Source of the DNA: an uncultured Spirochaetota bacterium
Lineage (GTDB): Bacteria; Spirochaetota; UBA4802; UBA5550
Assembly (NCBI GenBank): GCA_963827275.1
Contig: CAWHAA010000008.1
Coordinates: forward strand, 1 to 64,000
Length of the DNA stretch: 64,000 bases
Direction: 5' to 3'
Part shown: positions 50,122-61,808 of the stretch, one piece after another
Numbering within the stretch: position 1 is the stretch's first letter
Layout of the letters: every line of letters begins with the position of its first letter
Program-made: the position numbers and the translations under genes
Notes under the pieces: generated by a model
What the model was told of the DNA's origin: nothing
The model's database searches: none
The model's input: the letters and a program-made list of their open reading frames with translations, nothing else

Positions 50122-50781
50122 TTACTCGTCAAGCCACACTGCCCTGAACAGTAAAAAGGATATAACTGAAATGAAACCCGAAAATGCAAGCAAAAAAACC
50201 ACGTTGCCGCAGGACGGCGCCGCCTCCCCGAGCGCGGCCGTCGTGGACGTGATCGACACCCAGAGGACCGGGAGGAGCACCGGGAAGGAGATGATGGTGA
50301 AGAGCGACGCCTTCCCCCCCGCCTTCGCCACCATGGCGGCGAGTATGGTCGTCGCCGCGGCGATCGCGGCGCCGCCCGCCGCCACCGTCAGTACGAAGGG
50401 GACGGCATGGCGCACGTTCACCTGTAAAAAAAAGAGAAAGAGGGGCGTGACCACGGCGCACAGGAGCATCATGAATGCCTGGTTGAAGATGAATTTCGCG
50501 ATGAAGACCGAGTCCGCCGTAACGCTGATGCGGAGAAAGAGCGCGGTCGCCTGGTCTTCCTCGCGCACAAAGATGTGCGAGAGGCCGTTCATGGCGCTGA
50601 AAAAAATCACCGTCCAGAGGAGGATCGACTGGACCGCCGGGGGAAAGGGGACGCCGCCGGCCGTCAGGCTCATGGCGATCGTCACGATGGCGGCGAACGA
50701 GAGCGCGATGTTCAGCGCGAACCGGCTCCTGAATTCGACCCTGAAGTCCTTGCGGAGGTTCCTGATAATATCGCTACCCAA
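50122..50781 (-). CDS. ccmB: Heme exporter CcmB; start uncertain (TTG 50781 or ATG 50823)
   Basis: KDFRVEFRS, LLW...F, F.RE.D..T, FP.LLP; 6 TM helices. Confidence 0.88.
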   Translation of the reverse strand: MGSDIIRNLRKDFRVEFRSRFALNIALSFAAIVTIAMSLTAGGVPFPPAVQSILLWTVIFFSAMNGLSHIFVREEDQATALFLRISVTADSVFIAKFIFNQAFMMLLCAVVTPLFLFFLQVNVRHAVPFVLTVAAGGAAIAAATTILAAMVAKAGGKASLFTIISFPVLLPVLWVSITSTTAALGEAAPSCGNVVFLLAFSGFISVISFLLFRAVWLDE

Positions 50782-51388
50782 GCCGGATGCCCCTGTCGCA
50801 GAGTGTTGCCTCGCGCGCGTCATTGGTGGCCAGGAGTATGATCTTCCCCTTCCGCACCGACTCGATGCGGGAGGCGAGGAGCTCCCTGCCGGCGTCGTCG
50901 AGGTTGGTGCCCGGCTCGTCGAGAATCAGTACCGGCGGATCGTTCACGAGGGCCAGGACGATCTTCAGACGCTGCTTCATGCCCGAAGAATAATGCTTCA
51001 ATTTTTTTTCGGCGTGACGGGAGAGGTCAAAATCGTCGAGAAGGGCCCGGGCGCGCGCCGCGCCGGCCCGGTCACCGAGGGCAAACTCAATGTTTTCAAG
51101 CGCGGTCAGCTCGTCGTAGGGATGCACCATCGGGCCGGTATAGCCGATATGGGCGTGCCACCGGTCCCTGGGAATCCCGGCGCCCGCGGCATGGCCGACG
51201 CTCCCTCCGGTGGGCGCAAGCAGACCGGCGAGGATCATCAGCAGCGTGGATTTCCCTGACCCGTTGGGCCCGGTGACGCACAGGGATTCGCCCGTCTCCA
51301 GGGAGAGGTCGAGGCCCCTGAAGAGCTCGGTCCTGCCGAACGTCCTGGCGAGCCCCCTCGCCTGCAGTGTGTAACGGGCACCGTCCAT
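50774..51388 (-). CDS. ccmA: Heme ABC exporter ATPase CcmA
   Basis: GPNGSGKST, YSSGMKQR, LILDEP; upstream of ccmB. Confidence 0.9.
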   Translation of the reverse strand: MDGARYTLQARGLARTFGRTELFRGLDLSLETGESLCVTGPNGSGKSTLLMILAGLLAPTGGSVGHAAGAGIPRDRWHAHIGYTGPMVHPYDELTALENIEFALGDRAGAARARALLDDFDLSRHAEKKLKHYSSGMKQRLKIVLALVNDPPVLILDEPGTNLDDAGRELLASRIESVRKGKIILLATNDAREATLCDRGIRLG

Positions 51389-51398
51389 TATGCTCAAT

Positions 51399-52664
51399 CT
51401 ATTTTTTATTGATCAGCTTCGCTTCAAGGGCGACTCTGTTCGGGAAGTTCTCGGGGATATGGAATTCAAATCCCAGCCGCTCCGCCTTGGCCTTGAGCTC
51501 GTCGATGAATTCCCCGGTGGTGCCGGCGAAAATGACCTCGACGCGGGCCGCCCTGCCGACGCGGCCCTTCTCCAGCACCTGCCGGACGCCGCGCACCCTG
51601 TTTTCGACCTCGTTCCTGAATTTTTTCAGGCCGCTGTAGTCCAGGCCGGTGATGAAGACGCTGATCTGCCGCTGCGTGGCGGATTTCACGAACTGCTTGA
51701 TGATCTCTTCCATGAAGGGGCCGGGCTTGCTCGCGCCGGTCGACTCGTCCTTTCCTCCCAGGATTTTTTTCAGGACCGCCTCGATGGCGCGCTTTGACGC
51801 GGTGTCGGACTGTATGTGCACGCCGGGCGCGTCCTTGCTCGTGGTGGCGAGGATCCGGCCTGAATACACGTCAACGGCCTTGAGCCGAACGATGGCGGAT
51901 TTTGATTTCATGCTTGTCGTATAGGCGCGCAGGACCTCGGACTGGTCCCTGGTCTGCGCGGTCCCGATGATGAGGACCTCCGCGCCCGCGTCATTCAGGA
52001 GCATGCTCTGCACGTCCTCGGTGACCTGCCCGTTCATGGCCTTTGACATGCGGCCGTACTGCCGTTTCATCAGGTCCTGCACCGTCTGCATGTCCACGAA
52101 TTCGAAGCCCGCCCCGCCCATACGCTCCTGCATGAGGAGCTCGGTTTCCGTGAACCCGGGGGCGTTCATCTTCCGCTCGAAGGTCTCGCTGATCAGCACC
52201 ATGAATTTCGGCTTTCCGTACCGGTTCAGCGCGTCCTCGATAGCGTCCTCCACCACCGCCTGCTCGACGGTGCCCTCGATTTCCACCGAGTAGAGGTCGG
52301 CGTCGGCATGTTCTTCAATTATCTTTTCTTTTTTCACGAGGCCGTAAGACCGCGCCTGCACCAGGTGCTTCACCAGCTCGTAGTTTTCCATCACGCTTTC
52401 GCCTGTTATGCTCGTGCCAAGGACCTTCTCCACCAGCTTGTTCCGCGCGTCGTTGAGCGCCCGGTCGCGCGCCAGCGCCCGGTCGTTGTCGAATATGGCG
52501 GCGACCCCTTTTGCCCGGTCCCTGGCCGCGGTGGTGCTGCCCGGTTTTTCATCAAGGGCAAAGTCGCTTGAATTTTGTCCGTCTTTTACGCTTTTCCCGC
52601 CGCCGCAGGAGACAGCGCCGGCAAGAACAAGCACGCTGGCCAGGATCGCGATATTCTTTTTCAT
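51399..52664 (-). CDS. LipL46-like lipoprotein with FlgT N-terminal-like domain
   Basis: AVSC lipobox; G.A.I...D...ARDRAL.DA....VE..LG..I followed by GKPKFMVLI and CsgG/FlgT-like VD..SGRILA. Confidence 0.7.
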   Translation of the reverse strand: MKKNIAILASVLVLAGAVSCGGGKSVKDGQNSSDFALDEKPGSTTAARDRAKGVAAIFDNDRALARDRALNDARNKLVEKVLGTSITGESVMENYELVKHLVQARSYGLVKKEKIIEEHADADLYSVEIEGTVEQAVVEDAIEDALNRYGKPKFMVLISETFERKMNAPGFTETELLMQERMGGAGFEFVDMQTVQDLMKRQYGRMSKAMNGQVTEDVQSMLLNDAGAEVLIIGTAQTRDQSEVLRAYTTSMKSKSAIVRLKAVDVYSGRILATTSKDAPGVHIQSDTASKRAIEAVLKKILGGKDESTGASKPGPFMEEIIKQFVKSATQRQISVFITGLDYSGLKKFRNEVENRVRGVRQVLEKGRVGRAARVEVIFAGTTGEFIDELKAKAERLGFEFHIPENFPNRVALEAKLINKK

Positions 52665-52815
52665 GTTAAGGCTCCTCCCGGGAGTAACGACTGGTGGCTG
52701 GTGTTGACAGACAGTGCTCCGGCCGGCATGACGCGCGGTACGGTTCGTTGTGCTGCTCCAGGTGTGATATACTATGAGAATTATTTACTATTAGTCAAAT
52801 TGTTTTTTATATGCA

Positions 52816-54174
52816 TCACGGCCCGGCCGGCGTCGCGGCGCTGACGGTGCTGGAAAAATCGGACATCCCGTCGTTGTTGACCGCGGCGATGCGGTAGTAA
52901 TAGGTGGTGCCTGCGGTCAGGCCGGCGTCGGTGTAGGAAACCGCGTTCGCGCCGGTAATCGTGATCGATCTAAAGGCCGCTCCATCAGCTGAGCGCATGA
53001 TTTTATACCCGATTTCCAGCCTTGTCCGGTCCGACCACGCAAGGCGTATGCTGTGTGCCGTTTCCGCGGCCGCCTGCAGGCTGCCAGGCGCCATCAATGC
53101 CGTGTTGGACTGTGGCAGGGGTTCCGCGACCGCCGCTCCCCTGTTCTCGGTCTGCCCGGTGTCATTCAGGAAGATGTCCTGCCACAGCGCCCAGCCGGGG
53201 CCGTGTTCTACATACGCCAGCAATCCTGCCGAGTATGGATCAAGCCGGTTGTTTACCGCCCAGAAATGTCTTCCATAGCCGCCGTTGTCCCGCTCGATGA
53301 CCAGGGTATACCCGTACCCGGCAAGCAGATTTCCTTCAATGTAAATATTGTCCAGGAAACAGTCCTCCCATGTCGCCTGGAAAAAAATTGCGCCGGTGGC
53401 CGCGTGAGACGGTGGATTGGTAAGTATGCTGTTATTCCTGACCAGGGCCAGTGCCCCGCCGAAGTCTCTCATGGTAAATCCGTCCTGGTGGGACTGGCCG
53501 CTGCCCAGGAACCATTCCCCCTGGACCAGGTCGTGGATACAGGTGCCTTCCATTGTGACCGGGTCCTGCCCGTTGAACGCCACGCCGCTCGCAAGCCCGC
53601 TGATGTTGCAGAGCAGGACCTGGATGTTACCGCCGCTGATCGCGATGCTGCCGCATGCCGGGTTGGTGCCGTCGGCGTTCAAGGGGATGGCGCTCCCGTC
53701 GATATCGCAGCGCAGTATGTTGTTCGGCGATGCCCCGGTCCCGCGGAGGAGCGGCATTCCCCGGCCGATCGATTCAGGGCGGAACCAGCAGCGATCGAAG
53801 GTGATATCCCCCGCGGAAAGGTCGATGCCGCCCATGTTAATGCGCTGCCCGGTTATGACGCTGCCGGCGGGAACGTACCAGGTCTGGTACTGGACCTCTG
53901 CCGCCGGCGGTTCATACAGCGGCAGGGTATTTCTATCGATACCGGCCCCCGCAAGGCCGGTGTTGGTCCCGTTAAGCTGCCACCCTTTCAGGGGAGTGAC
54001 CGGCGGGGGCAGAGGCGGGGGCGTCGAAGGATCTGAGGGCGCTGGTTCTGACAGAGAGAACAGAAGGGCCGCACGCTTTGCGTGTCGCTCCCCATCGCCG
54101 CAGGACAGAGGCCCTGAGAGCAACAACAGACTGGTGATGAGGACGATCGGTTTTTTCATCTGGGGGCCTTGCAT
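52816..54174 (-). CDS. Lipoprotein with Pro-rich linker, right-handed beta-helix-like domain and C-terminal fibronectin type III domain
   Basis: LSC lipobox, PSTPPPLPPP linker, CIHD...SHQDGF and IEGNLLAG, and Fn3 motifs LAWSD....E.GY.I.RS and YTD.GL..GTTYYYRI.A.N..G.S. Confidence 0.75.
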   Translation of the reverse strand: MQGPQMKKPIVLITSLLLLSGPLSCGDGERHAKRAALLFSLSEPAPSDPSTPPPLPPPVTPLKGWQLNGTNTGLAGAGIDRNTLPLYEPPAAEVQYQTWYVPAGSVITGQRINMGGIDLSAGDITFDRCWFRPESIGRGMPLLRGTGASPNNILRCDIDGSAIPLNADGTNPACGSIAISGGNIQVLLCNISGLASGVAFNGQDPVTMEGTCIHDLVQGEWFLGSGQSHQDGFTMRDFGGALALVRNNSILTNPPSHAATGAIFFQATWEDCFLDNIYIEGNLLAGYGYTLVIERDNGGYGRHFWAVNNRLDPYSAGLLAYVEHGPGWALWQDIFLNDTGQTENRGAAVAEPLPQSNTALMAPGSLQAAAETAHSIRLAWSDRTRLEIGYKIMRSADGAAFRSITITGANAVSYTDAGLTAGTTYYYRIAAVNNDGMSDFSSTVSAATPAGP

Positions 54175-54360
54175 GGGTCAATATTCTTTTTCAATAACAG
54201 CGCATGAATAGACTAAACAACCAGTGAGATGGGACCCCACCGTGTTGAGGCACCATGGTCATCTGCGTAATAGGATGTACGCGAATGGATGAATATATCA
54301 ACAAAAAATTGACGTAAATAAGAAATTTGCCTCTTTCCATCCCGTGTTACAGGATATATC

Positions 54361-54388
54361 TTGACGTTAAGAAACATCGTGCTATAGT
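54361..54388 (+). promoter_or_regulatory. Candidate sigma70 promoter
   Basis: TTGACG-N16-TATAGT upstream of a GGAGG RBS. Confidence 0.5.
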
Positions 54389-54440
54389 TACGCCGTCTTT
54401 GAAGAAAGCTGCACGAGGAATCAATCCCGGAGGATGAAGT

Positions 54441-55391
54441 ATGAAACATGCCGTAATCGCGCTGACCGTTGTGTGTGCCGCAACCTTTTCATATGCCAGG
54501 ACCTCGCCGGAAGCGTACCTGACCCAGATCCCGGCCGCGCCCAAAAACGCCTGCGGACTTACAGCGGCGGAACAATCATCATACAGGCAATCAGTCCATG
54601 ATCTCAATAAAAAGATGGAGAAGGAGATACGGGAGAGAAAAAAAGAGTCGCAGGCCTATGCTGACACGAACAGGGAAGCGATAGCCTCCAGGATGATAAC
54701 CCTGCCGGAAAGGAGCACAAAGGCCGGGAAAAGCGGGAAGATGACCAGGGAAGAAAAACGGGCCAGGGCCGAGCAGATGATGCGGGAATACGGCGTTTCG
54801 CCGGACGATCCGAAGAAGCTCAAAAACATGAGCAAGGAAGAGCGGCTCGCATGGGCCCAATCATACAGCGGAACGGCGAGCAAGAAGCTGGCGTCCGATC
54901 AGAACTACCAGGAAGCAAAGAGCCAGGCGAAGCCCAACATGGCGCTGCTGGCGGAACAACAGGCCCTGATGAAAAAGATAGAGGACCGCATGGGGGGGTT
55001 CGGAAAAAAATTCGACACTCTGGACCAGGATGCCAAGGCCCTGGAAAATAGCGAACTGGGCCCTATCAGGAAAAAACTGGCTTCGTACGGCGATATTATA
55101 AGCAAAGAACAGGTGCCCCTCGTGGAAGAGGACATGAAGAGGCTGAAGGCCGCCCAGAAGCGCTGCTGTGAGGCGCTCTCGCCCCGGTATCGCGCGCTTC
55201 TTGATGAATACCTGTCCGCGGTTAAGGCCTCCCTGCCGGATTACAAAAGACTGGATGCGATAATAGCCAAAACGCAGCTGGGGCTTGACAGGCCGGTTGA
55301 GGCGAGTGACGGCCTTTCCGGAATCGAGGCGCTGCGCGGTTACCTCGGCCGGCTTGGCAACGTGTTTAAATATGATCACCAGGAGAAATAG
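54441..55391 (+). CDS. Secreted alpha-helical hypothetical protein
   Basis: Signal peptide (SYA|R), Lys/Glu-rich coiled regions, GGAGG RBS. Confidence 0.75.
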   Translation: MKHAVIALTVVCAATFSYARTSPEAYLTQIPAAPKNACGLTAAEQSSYRQSVHDLNKKMEKEIRERKKESQAYADTNREAIASRMITLPERSTKAGKSGKMTREEKRARAEQMMREYGVSPDDPKKLKNMSKEERLAWAQSYSGTASKKLASDQNYQEAKSQAKPNMALLAEQQALMKKIEDRMGGFGKKFDTLDQDAKALENSELGPIRKKLASYGDIISKEQVPLVEEDMKRLKAAQKRCCEALSPRYRALLDEYLSAVKASLPDYKRLDAIIAKTQLGLDRPVEASDGLSGIEALRGYLGRLGNVFKYDHQEK

Positions 55392-55405
55392 CAGTTAAAG
55401 AGACG

Positions 55406-55873
55406 CTATACCAGATCGGCAAATTCCGCATTGACAATAATTTTCAGGTCAAACGGCGACAGCTTCACCTGCATCCCGCGCGCCCCCGGGCTGACATGTA
55501 TTTCATCGTACAGCTGCGCGGTCTCATCGATAAAAGTCGGGAAGGGCTTTTTCATCCCGATCGGAGAGCACCCGCCCCTGATGTAGCCCGTCGTCAGCAG
55601 CAGGTCTTTCATCTTTATCAATTCGATCTTTTTGTTCCCGCTGGCGTGAGCGGCTTTCTTGAGGTCCAGTTCGCAATTACCGGGAATGACGAATACAGTG
55701 TGCCCCGTTTTATCGCCTGTGGTGACAAGGGTTTTAAAAACCGTTTCCGGTGACGCGCCGATTTTTCGCGCGACACTGACCGCATCCAGCTCATCCTCGT
55801 TAACTTCGTATTCGGAAGTTGAATAGGGAATCCCTTTTGATTCAAGAATCCTTATTGCATTTGTCTTGGACAT
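55406..55873 (-). CDS. ybaK: Cys-tRNA(Pro) deacylase YbaK
   Basis: [20 protein letters not shown]...[17 protein letters not shown]. Confidence 0.95.
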   Translation of the reverse strand: MSKTNAIRILESKGIPYSTSEYEVNEDELDAVSVARKIGASPETVFKTLVTTGDKTGHTVFVIPGNCELDLKKAAHASGNKKIELIKMKDLLLTTGYIRGGCSPIGMKKPFPTFIDETAQLYDEIHVSPGARGMQVKLSPFDLKIIVNAEFADLV

Positions 55874-56059
55874 TGTCGGCGGTTTTAATTTTCAATGATA
55901 GTGCCCTGAGGGCAGGTTGTGACCCGGTAGTATTCCCGTAAATCCTGTTATTATAATGGTATGTTTAGCAAGCAAAATTTGATACGGGAAGGAGGAGCGG
56001 CGGCATGCGTGATGGCGGCGCTCGTGAGGGCGCAATCGGCTATGCGGAGGGCCAGTCGA

Positions 56060-56896
56060 TTACTCACCCTGGCCCGGCGCTTCGGGATTGAGCCGCTTCT
56101 CGAGCTCCTGCCGGAGCTGTTCCTCCCGTTTCTGCGCGGTGGTCTCGCGCGAAATTGCGAGGATCATGGACAGGCCCTGCCCGCGGTCCTCGACCGGTAC
56201 GACCCGGACCTCCCACCATCGAGGGCCGCCGCAGGCGCTGCTGAAGGCATCGAACCGGCCGACGATGCCATTCCGGGCGAGGTGCACGGCCGCCCGCGCG
56301 GCAAGGCTGTTGGTGCCGTCCCACAGGTCGGCGTAATGGCAGCGGACCGCCGCGTGGGCACCTGATGCGCCGAGACCGGCGAGCCCCGCGCCGTTCATGA
56401 ACAGAACACGTCCGTCACGCTCCAGAAAAGCGATGGCGTCGGTGCTTTCGTCGATGACATGCCGGTAGAGCCCGTCATAGAGACGGGACGCTTCCGGCGG
56501 GATGCCGGGCTGGGTTATCTCCTCGATAACGAGTATGATGCAGAACAGCATGCCGGCGTCGTCTTCAACAAGATGGTGGTGGAACCGTCCCTGACGCAGC
56601 GAACCGTTTTTATGAATGAAATGCACGGTGATGACCGCATCCGCGTCAAGGTGCAGGCCCGCTTCCGTACGGTACATGGGGTGAACAATGTCAAGGACTG
56701 AAAGGCCGAGGAGATCGGCCTCGCTATAGCCGGTGACGCGGCAGAATTCCGCGTTGGCACGTAAAAATTCCAGGCCCGGGCTTATGACCGCCTGCGCCAT
56801 GTCCGAGAGGTCAAAGGCGGCGCGGTACACGTCCTTTTGCTTCATGATCGCTTCGAGGGCGATCTCATTGTAATTGGTCACGGTGTTCATGGGCAT
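56060..56896 (-). CDS. PAS-PAS domain protein without output domain
   Basis: FLRAN..FC..TGYS..DLLG......HP, HKNGS, DGRVLFMN..G, RWWEVRV.P. Confidence 0.8.
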   Translation of the reverse strand: MPMNTVTNYNEIALEAIMKQKDVYRAAFDLSDMAQAVISPGLEFLRANAEFCRVTGYSEADLLGLSVLDIVHPMYRTEAGLHLDADAVITVHFIHKNGSLRQGRFHHHLVEDDAGMLFCIILVIEEITQPGIPPEASRLYDGLYRHVIDESTDAIAFLERDGRVLFMNGAGLAGLGASGAHAAVRCHYADLWDGTNSLAARAAVHLARNGIVGRFDAFSSACGGPRWWEVRVVPVEDRGQGLSMILAISRETTAQKREEQLRQELEKRLNPEAPGQGE

Positions 56897-57084
56897 CACC
56901 TGCTTTCTTTCTCTCTACTGACAAGATAGGTGGTCGCGGCCCGTATGACAATGACCGGTTTTATGTGTTTGTCGTGCCGGGAATATGTTGCTGCGGTGTA
57001 GCGGAATCTGTCAGGGAGGGTAATGGCAGCCTATGAAACGCGGTTCCGTGGGCTGTGATGCGACATAACGGCGCGCCGGAGCTT

Positions 57085-59121
<2,037 letters not shown>

Positions 59122-59259
59122 GTTTTTCCGCCTTTCATAAAATATAGCACAATATCGTTACAAGCGCCATAGCCGACAGAAATAATAACGCACCGGGATA
59201 GTACGTCACAATACCGGCCGTTATTGTATAATTAATATTAAATTAATTCATATTTTTTA

Positions 59260-59287
59260 TTGACAGAAAAGAGGGCGTATATATTTT
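59260..59287 (+). promoter_or_regulatory. Candidate sigma70 promoter for rplM-rpsI
   Basis: TTGACA-N16-TATTTT preceded by an AT-rich UP-like tract. Confidence 0.5.
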
Positions 59288-59348
59288 AAATCTTCCTGTA
59301 ATTTTTTGCCATTTTTTTGGGAAAAATCATATAAAGTACGAGAAGATC

Positions 59349-59789
59349 ATGAAAGGCATACAGAAAACCTACTCAATGAAAGCGTCGGAAATCAATAAAA
59401 AGTGGTTTCTGATCGACGCCGACGGGAAAGTGCTCGGCAGGCTTGCTTCCGAAGTGGCGAGGATACTCCGGGGCAAAAACAAGCCGACCTTTACGCCGAA
59501 CCTTGACATGGGCGACAATGTCATCATCATAAACGCCGAGAAGATCGTCATGACCGGCACCAAGGGCGAGGACAAGGAATATTTCCGTCATTCCCAGTAC
59601 CCGGGCGGCATCAAGTTCGTGAATATCAAGAAGATTAAAAAAGAACGGCCCGAATACGTGATTGAGCATGCCGTGAAGCTCATGCTGCCGAAAAGCAGGA
59701 TGGGAAGGAAGATCTTCGGCAATTTGAAAGTTTACACCGGCAGCGAGCACCCGCACCAGTCGCAGAAGCCGGAACCACTTGATATATAG
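59349..59789 (+). CDS. rplM: 50S ribosomal protein L13
   Basis: W..IDA.G..LGRLAS, LRGKNKP.FTP..D.GD, HS.YPGG, MLPK, HPH..QKP. Confidence 0.98.
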   Translation: MKGIQKTYSMKASEINKKWFLIDADGKVLGRLASEVARILRGKNKPTFTPNLDMGDNVIIINAEKIVMTGTKGEDKEYFRHSQYPGGIKFVNIKKIKKERPEYVIEHAVKLMLPKSRMGRKIFGNLKVYTGSEHPHQSQKPEPLDI

Positions 59790-59799
59790 GGGAGAGTCT

Positions 59800-60189
59800 A
59801 TGTCGAACCGTTATTACGCAACAGGAAGAAGAAAAACCTCCGTGGCCAGGGTATGGCTCGCGCCCGGCTCCGGGAAGATGATAATCAACAAACAGCCGAT
59901 AAACGAATACTTCAGGCGCCAGACCCTCGAGCTTATCGTGCGCCAGCCCCTCGAATTCGCGGGCATGCTGGACAAGTATGACGTGCTGGCGATCGTCGAC
60001 GGCGGCGGCTGGTCCGGCCAGGCCGGCGCGGTCAAGATGGGCATCGCCCGCTGTCTGGTGAAGTGCGACGAGAAATTCAAAAAGCAGATGCGCGACGGCG
60101 GGTTCCTGACCCGCGATTCCCGGGAAGTCGAGCGGAAGAAGCCGGGGCAAAAAAAGGCGAGAAAGAGGTTCCAGTTCTCGAAACGGTAA
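59800..60189 (+). CDS. rpsI: 30S ribosomal protein S9
   Basis: ATGRRKTSVARV, GGG.SGQAGA, LTRD.R.VERKK.G..KARK..QFSKR. Confidence 0.98.
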   Translation: MSNRYYATGRRKTSVARVWLAPGSGKMIINKQPINEYFRRQTLELIVRQPLEFAGMLDKYDVLAIVDGGGWSGQAGAVKMGIARCLVKCDEKFKKQMRDGGFLTRDSREVERKKPGQKKARKRFQFSKR

Positions 60190-60209
60190 CAGTGTCTTAT
60201 ATCGCGCGG

Positions 60210-60247
60210 AAAAGAGGATGCCTGCTACGCATCCTCTTTTTATTTTC
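60210..60247 (+). terminator. Rho-independent terminator after rpsI
   Basis: AAAAGAGGATGC-CTGCTAC-GCATCCTCTTTT followed by TATTTT. Confidence 0.8.
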
Positions 60248-60258
60248 AGGGGGCGGGT

Positions 60259-60882
60259 GTGGCCACGATCATCAAAACACGGCTGGCCGACGAATGCATC
60301 GCGGTCGAGTTCGACAGCGGCGAGGTCATGAAGATCCCGTGCGGGGCGGCGGGGCCGTTCCGTCTCGAGGCCGGGAAGACCGTGGACGCCGATGAATACA
60401 CGCAGATGAAGGCCGAATCACAGCGGCACCAGTCGAAAAAAAAAGCGCTCGACTACCTCGCGATATGCCCCCGCTCGGCGAAAGAGATGGAACGCTACCT
60501 GTCCCGGAAGGGCTTCGACCACGACCTGGTCCGCGAGATCGTGGAGGGGCTCAGGGGCGCCGGGTACCTCGACGACGCCGATTATGCGGCGCGCTATATA
60601 GCCAACCGCTGCGGGAAGAAGCTCATCGGGAAGAACCTCCTGACCAACGAGCTGCTGAAGCGGGGGGTGGCGCGGGACGTTATCAGGGACGCGCTCAGGG
60701 AGGCGGGACCGCTACTTTCATCTTTTGACGACGTGCTGGCGCTTGCGGAAAAAAAGTACGCGGGCATGAAGGACAAAAAGAACGGGCTCGCGAAGCTCGC
60801 GTATTTCCTCCGCGGCAGGGGCTTCGACCCGGAGCTGGTGGCCCGCGTCATCGACCGGGTCGGACGCGGCGATGAGGAGTGA
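60259..60882 (+). CDS. recX: Regulatory protein RecX
   Basis: ALDYL...RS..E...L..KG, GYLDD..YA, G.....EL..RGV, L..RGF. Confidence 0.85.
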   Translation: MATIIKTRLADECIAVEFDSGEVMKIPCGAAGPFRLEAGKTVDADEYTQMKAESQRHQSKKKALDYLAICPRSAKEMERYLSRKGFDHDLVREIVEGLRGAGYLDDADYAARYIANRCGKKLIGKNLLTNELLKRGVARDVIRDALREAGPLLSSFDDVLALAEKKYAGMKDKKNGLAKLAYFLRGRGFDPELVARVIDRVGRGDEE

Positions 60883-60890
60883 GAAGAGGC

Positions 60891-61604
60891 CTACGGGATA
60901 AACCTGCCCCTGTCAGCCATGAAGTCGCGGTAAATGCGGAAGTGCTCGGTGTCTTCATACCGTATCGTGCCGATCGGCGCGCGGTCGAAGCTGAATATGG
61001 CCGCCCCCGGGAGGGCGAGCAGGATGGGCGAATGCGTGGCGATGATGAACTGCGCGTGCCCGCCGGCGGCGGTTTCACGGAGGAGCGCGAGGAGCTCGAT
61101 CTGCCGCGCCGGGGAGAGGGCGTTTTCCGGCTCGTCCAGGAGATACAGCCCCCTGCGGGCGAAGCGGCTCCTGAAGAACGCCATGTGGCCCTGGCCGTGC
61201 GACTGCTCCATGAGCGATTTTCCCCCGAAGTATTCCAGCGTGGCCGGCGACATCGAGGCCCACTCGTCGAGGTTCACCGCGAAATTCCTGAAGATCTCGG
61301 ACGCGAAGAAGGAGCCGGGCACCGGCCCGTCCGCCCATTCCGCGTCGATGTACCGGTGCAGCTCGCGCTCGTGCGGGTTATAGTGGGCGCGGGTCCGCTC
61401 CATGCCCTCCCATATGTGGATGCGGCATTTCATCGCTATGGCGCGGAGCAGGGTGGACTTGCCCGATCCGTTCTCGCCGATGAAGAACGTCACCGGCCCG
61501 GAAAAAGCGACGTCCTTCGTGGCCCTGAAAATCGCCAGGTTGAAGGGGTAGAGGTCGTCAGCCGGGTATTCGGCGGGTCTCAGTGTGATTCGTTTCAGGT
61601 GCAT
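60891..61604 (-). CDS. ABC-class/AAA ATPase (COG3910-like)
   Basis: YPF.L, VTFFIGENGSGKSTL, QSHGQ, GLYLLDEPE.ALSP.RQ, QFIIATHSPILLA.P. Confidence 0.88.
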   Translation of the reverse strand: MHLKRITLRPAEYPADDLYPFNLAIFRATKDVAFSGPVTFFIGENGSGKSTLLRAIAMKCRIHIWEGMERTRAHYNPHERELHRYIDAEWADGPVPGSFFASEIFRNFAVNLDEWASMSPATLEYFGGKSLMEQSHGQGHMAFFRSRFARRGLYLLDEPENALSPARQIELLALLRETAAGGHAQFIIATHSPILLALPGAAIFSFDRAPIGTIRYEDTEHFRIYRDFMADRGRFIP

Positions 61605-61808
61605 ATTTTTCCGCGCCTTCCAAGCCATGATGGGACATGGCGCATATATCATACCCTCAGAAAGAGAATGTTTTGTAAAGTATTCTTTTCTGTCGCACGA
61701 ACAGTGCGCGGGTCCTTCCCTGCCACCGCGTATAAAAATTCCGGGCACTATGCCCGCGAATTTTTTCAGACAGGCGAAATGATCAGGCGGCGGATTGCAT
61801 GCTCGTCG

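Noticed and set aside
60891..61604. AAA/ABC ATPase as part of an anti-phage system
   Set aside because: No adjacent nuclease or effector gene; it resembles the widespread stand-alone COG3910 type.
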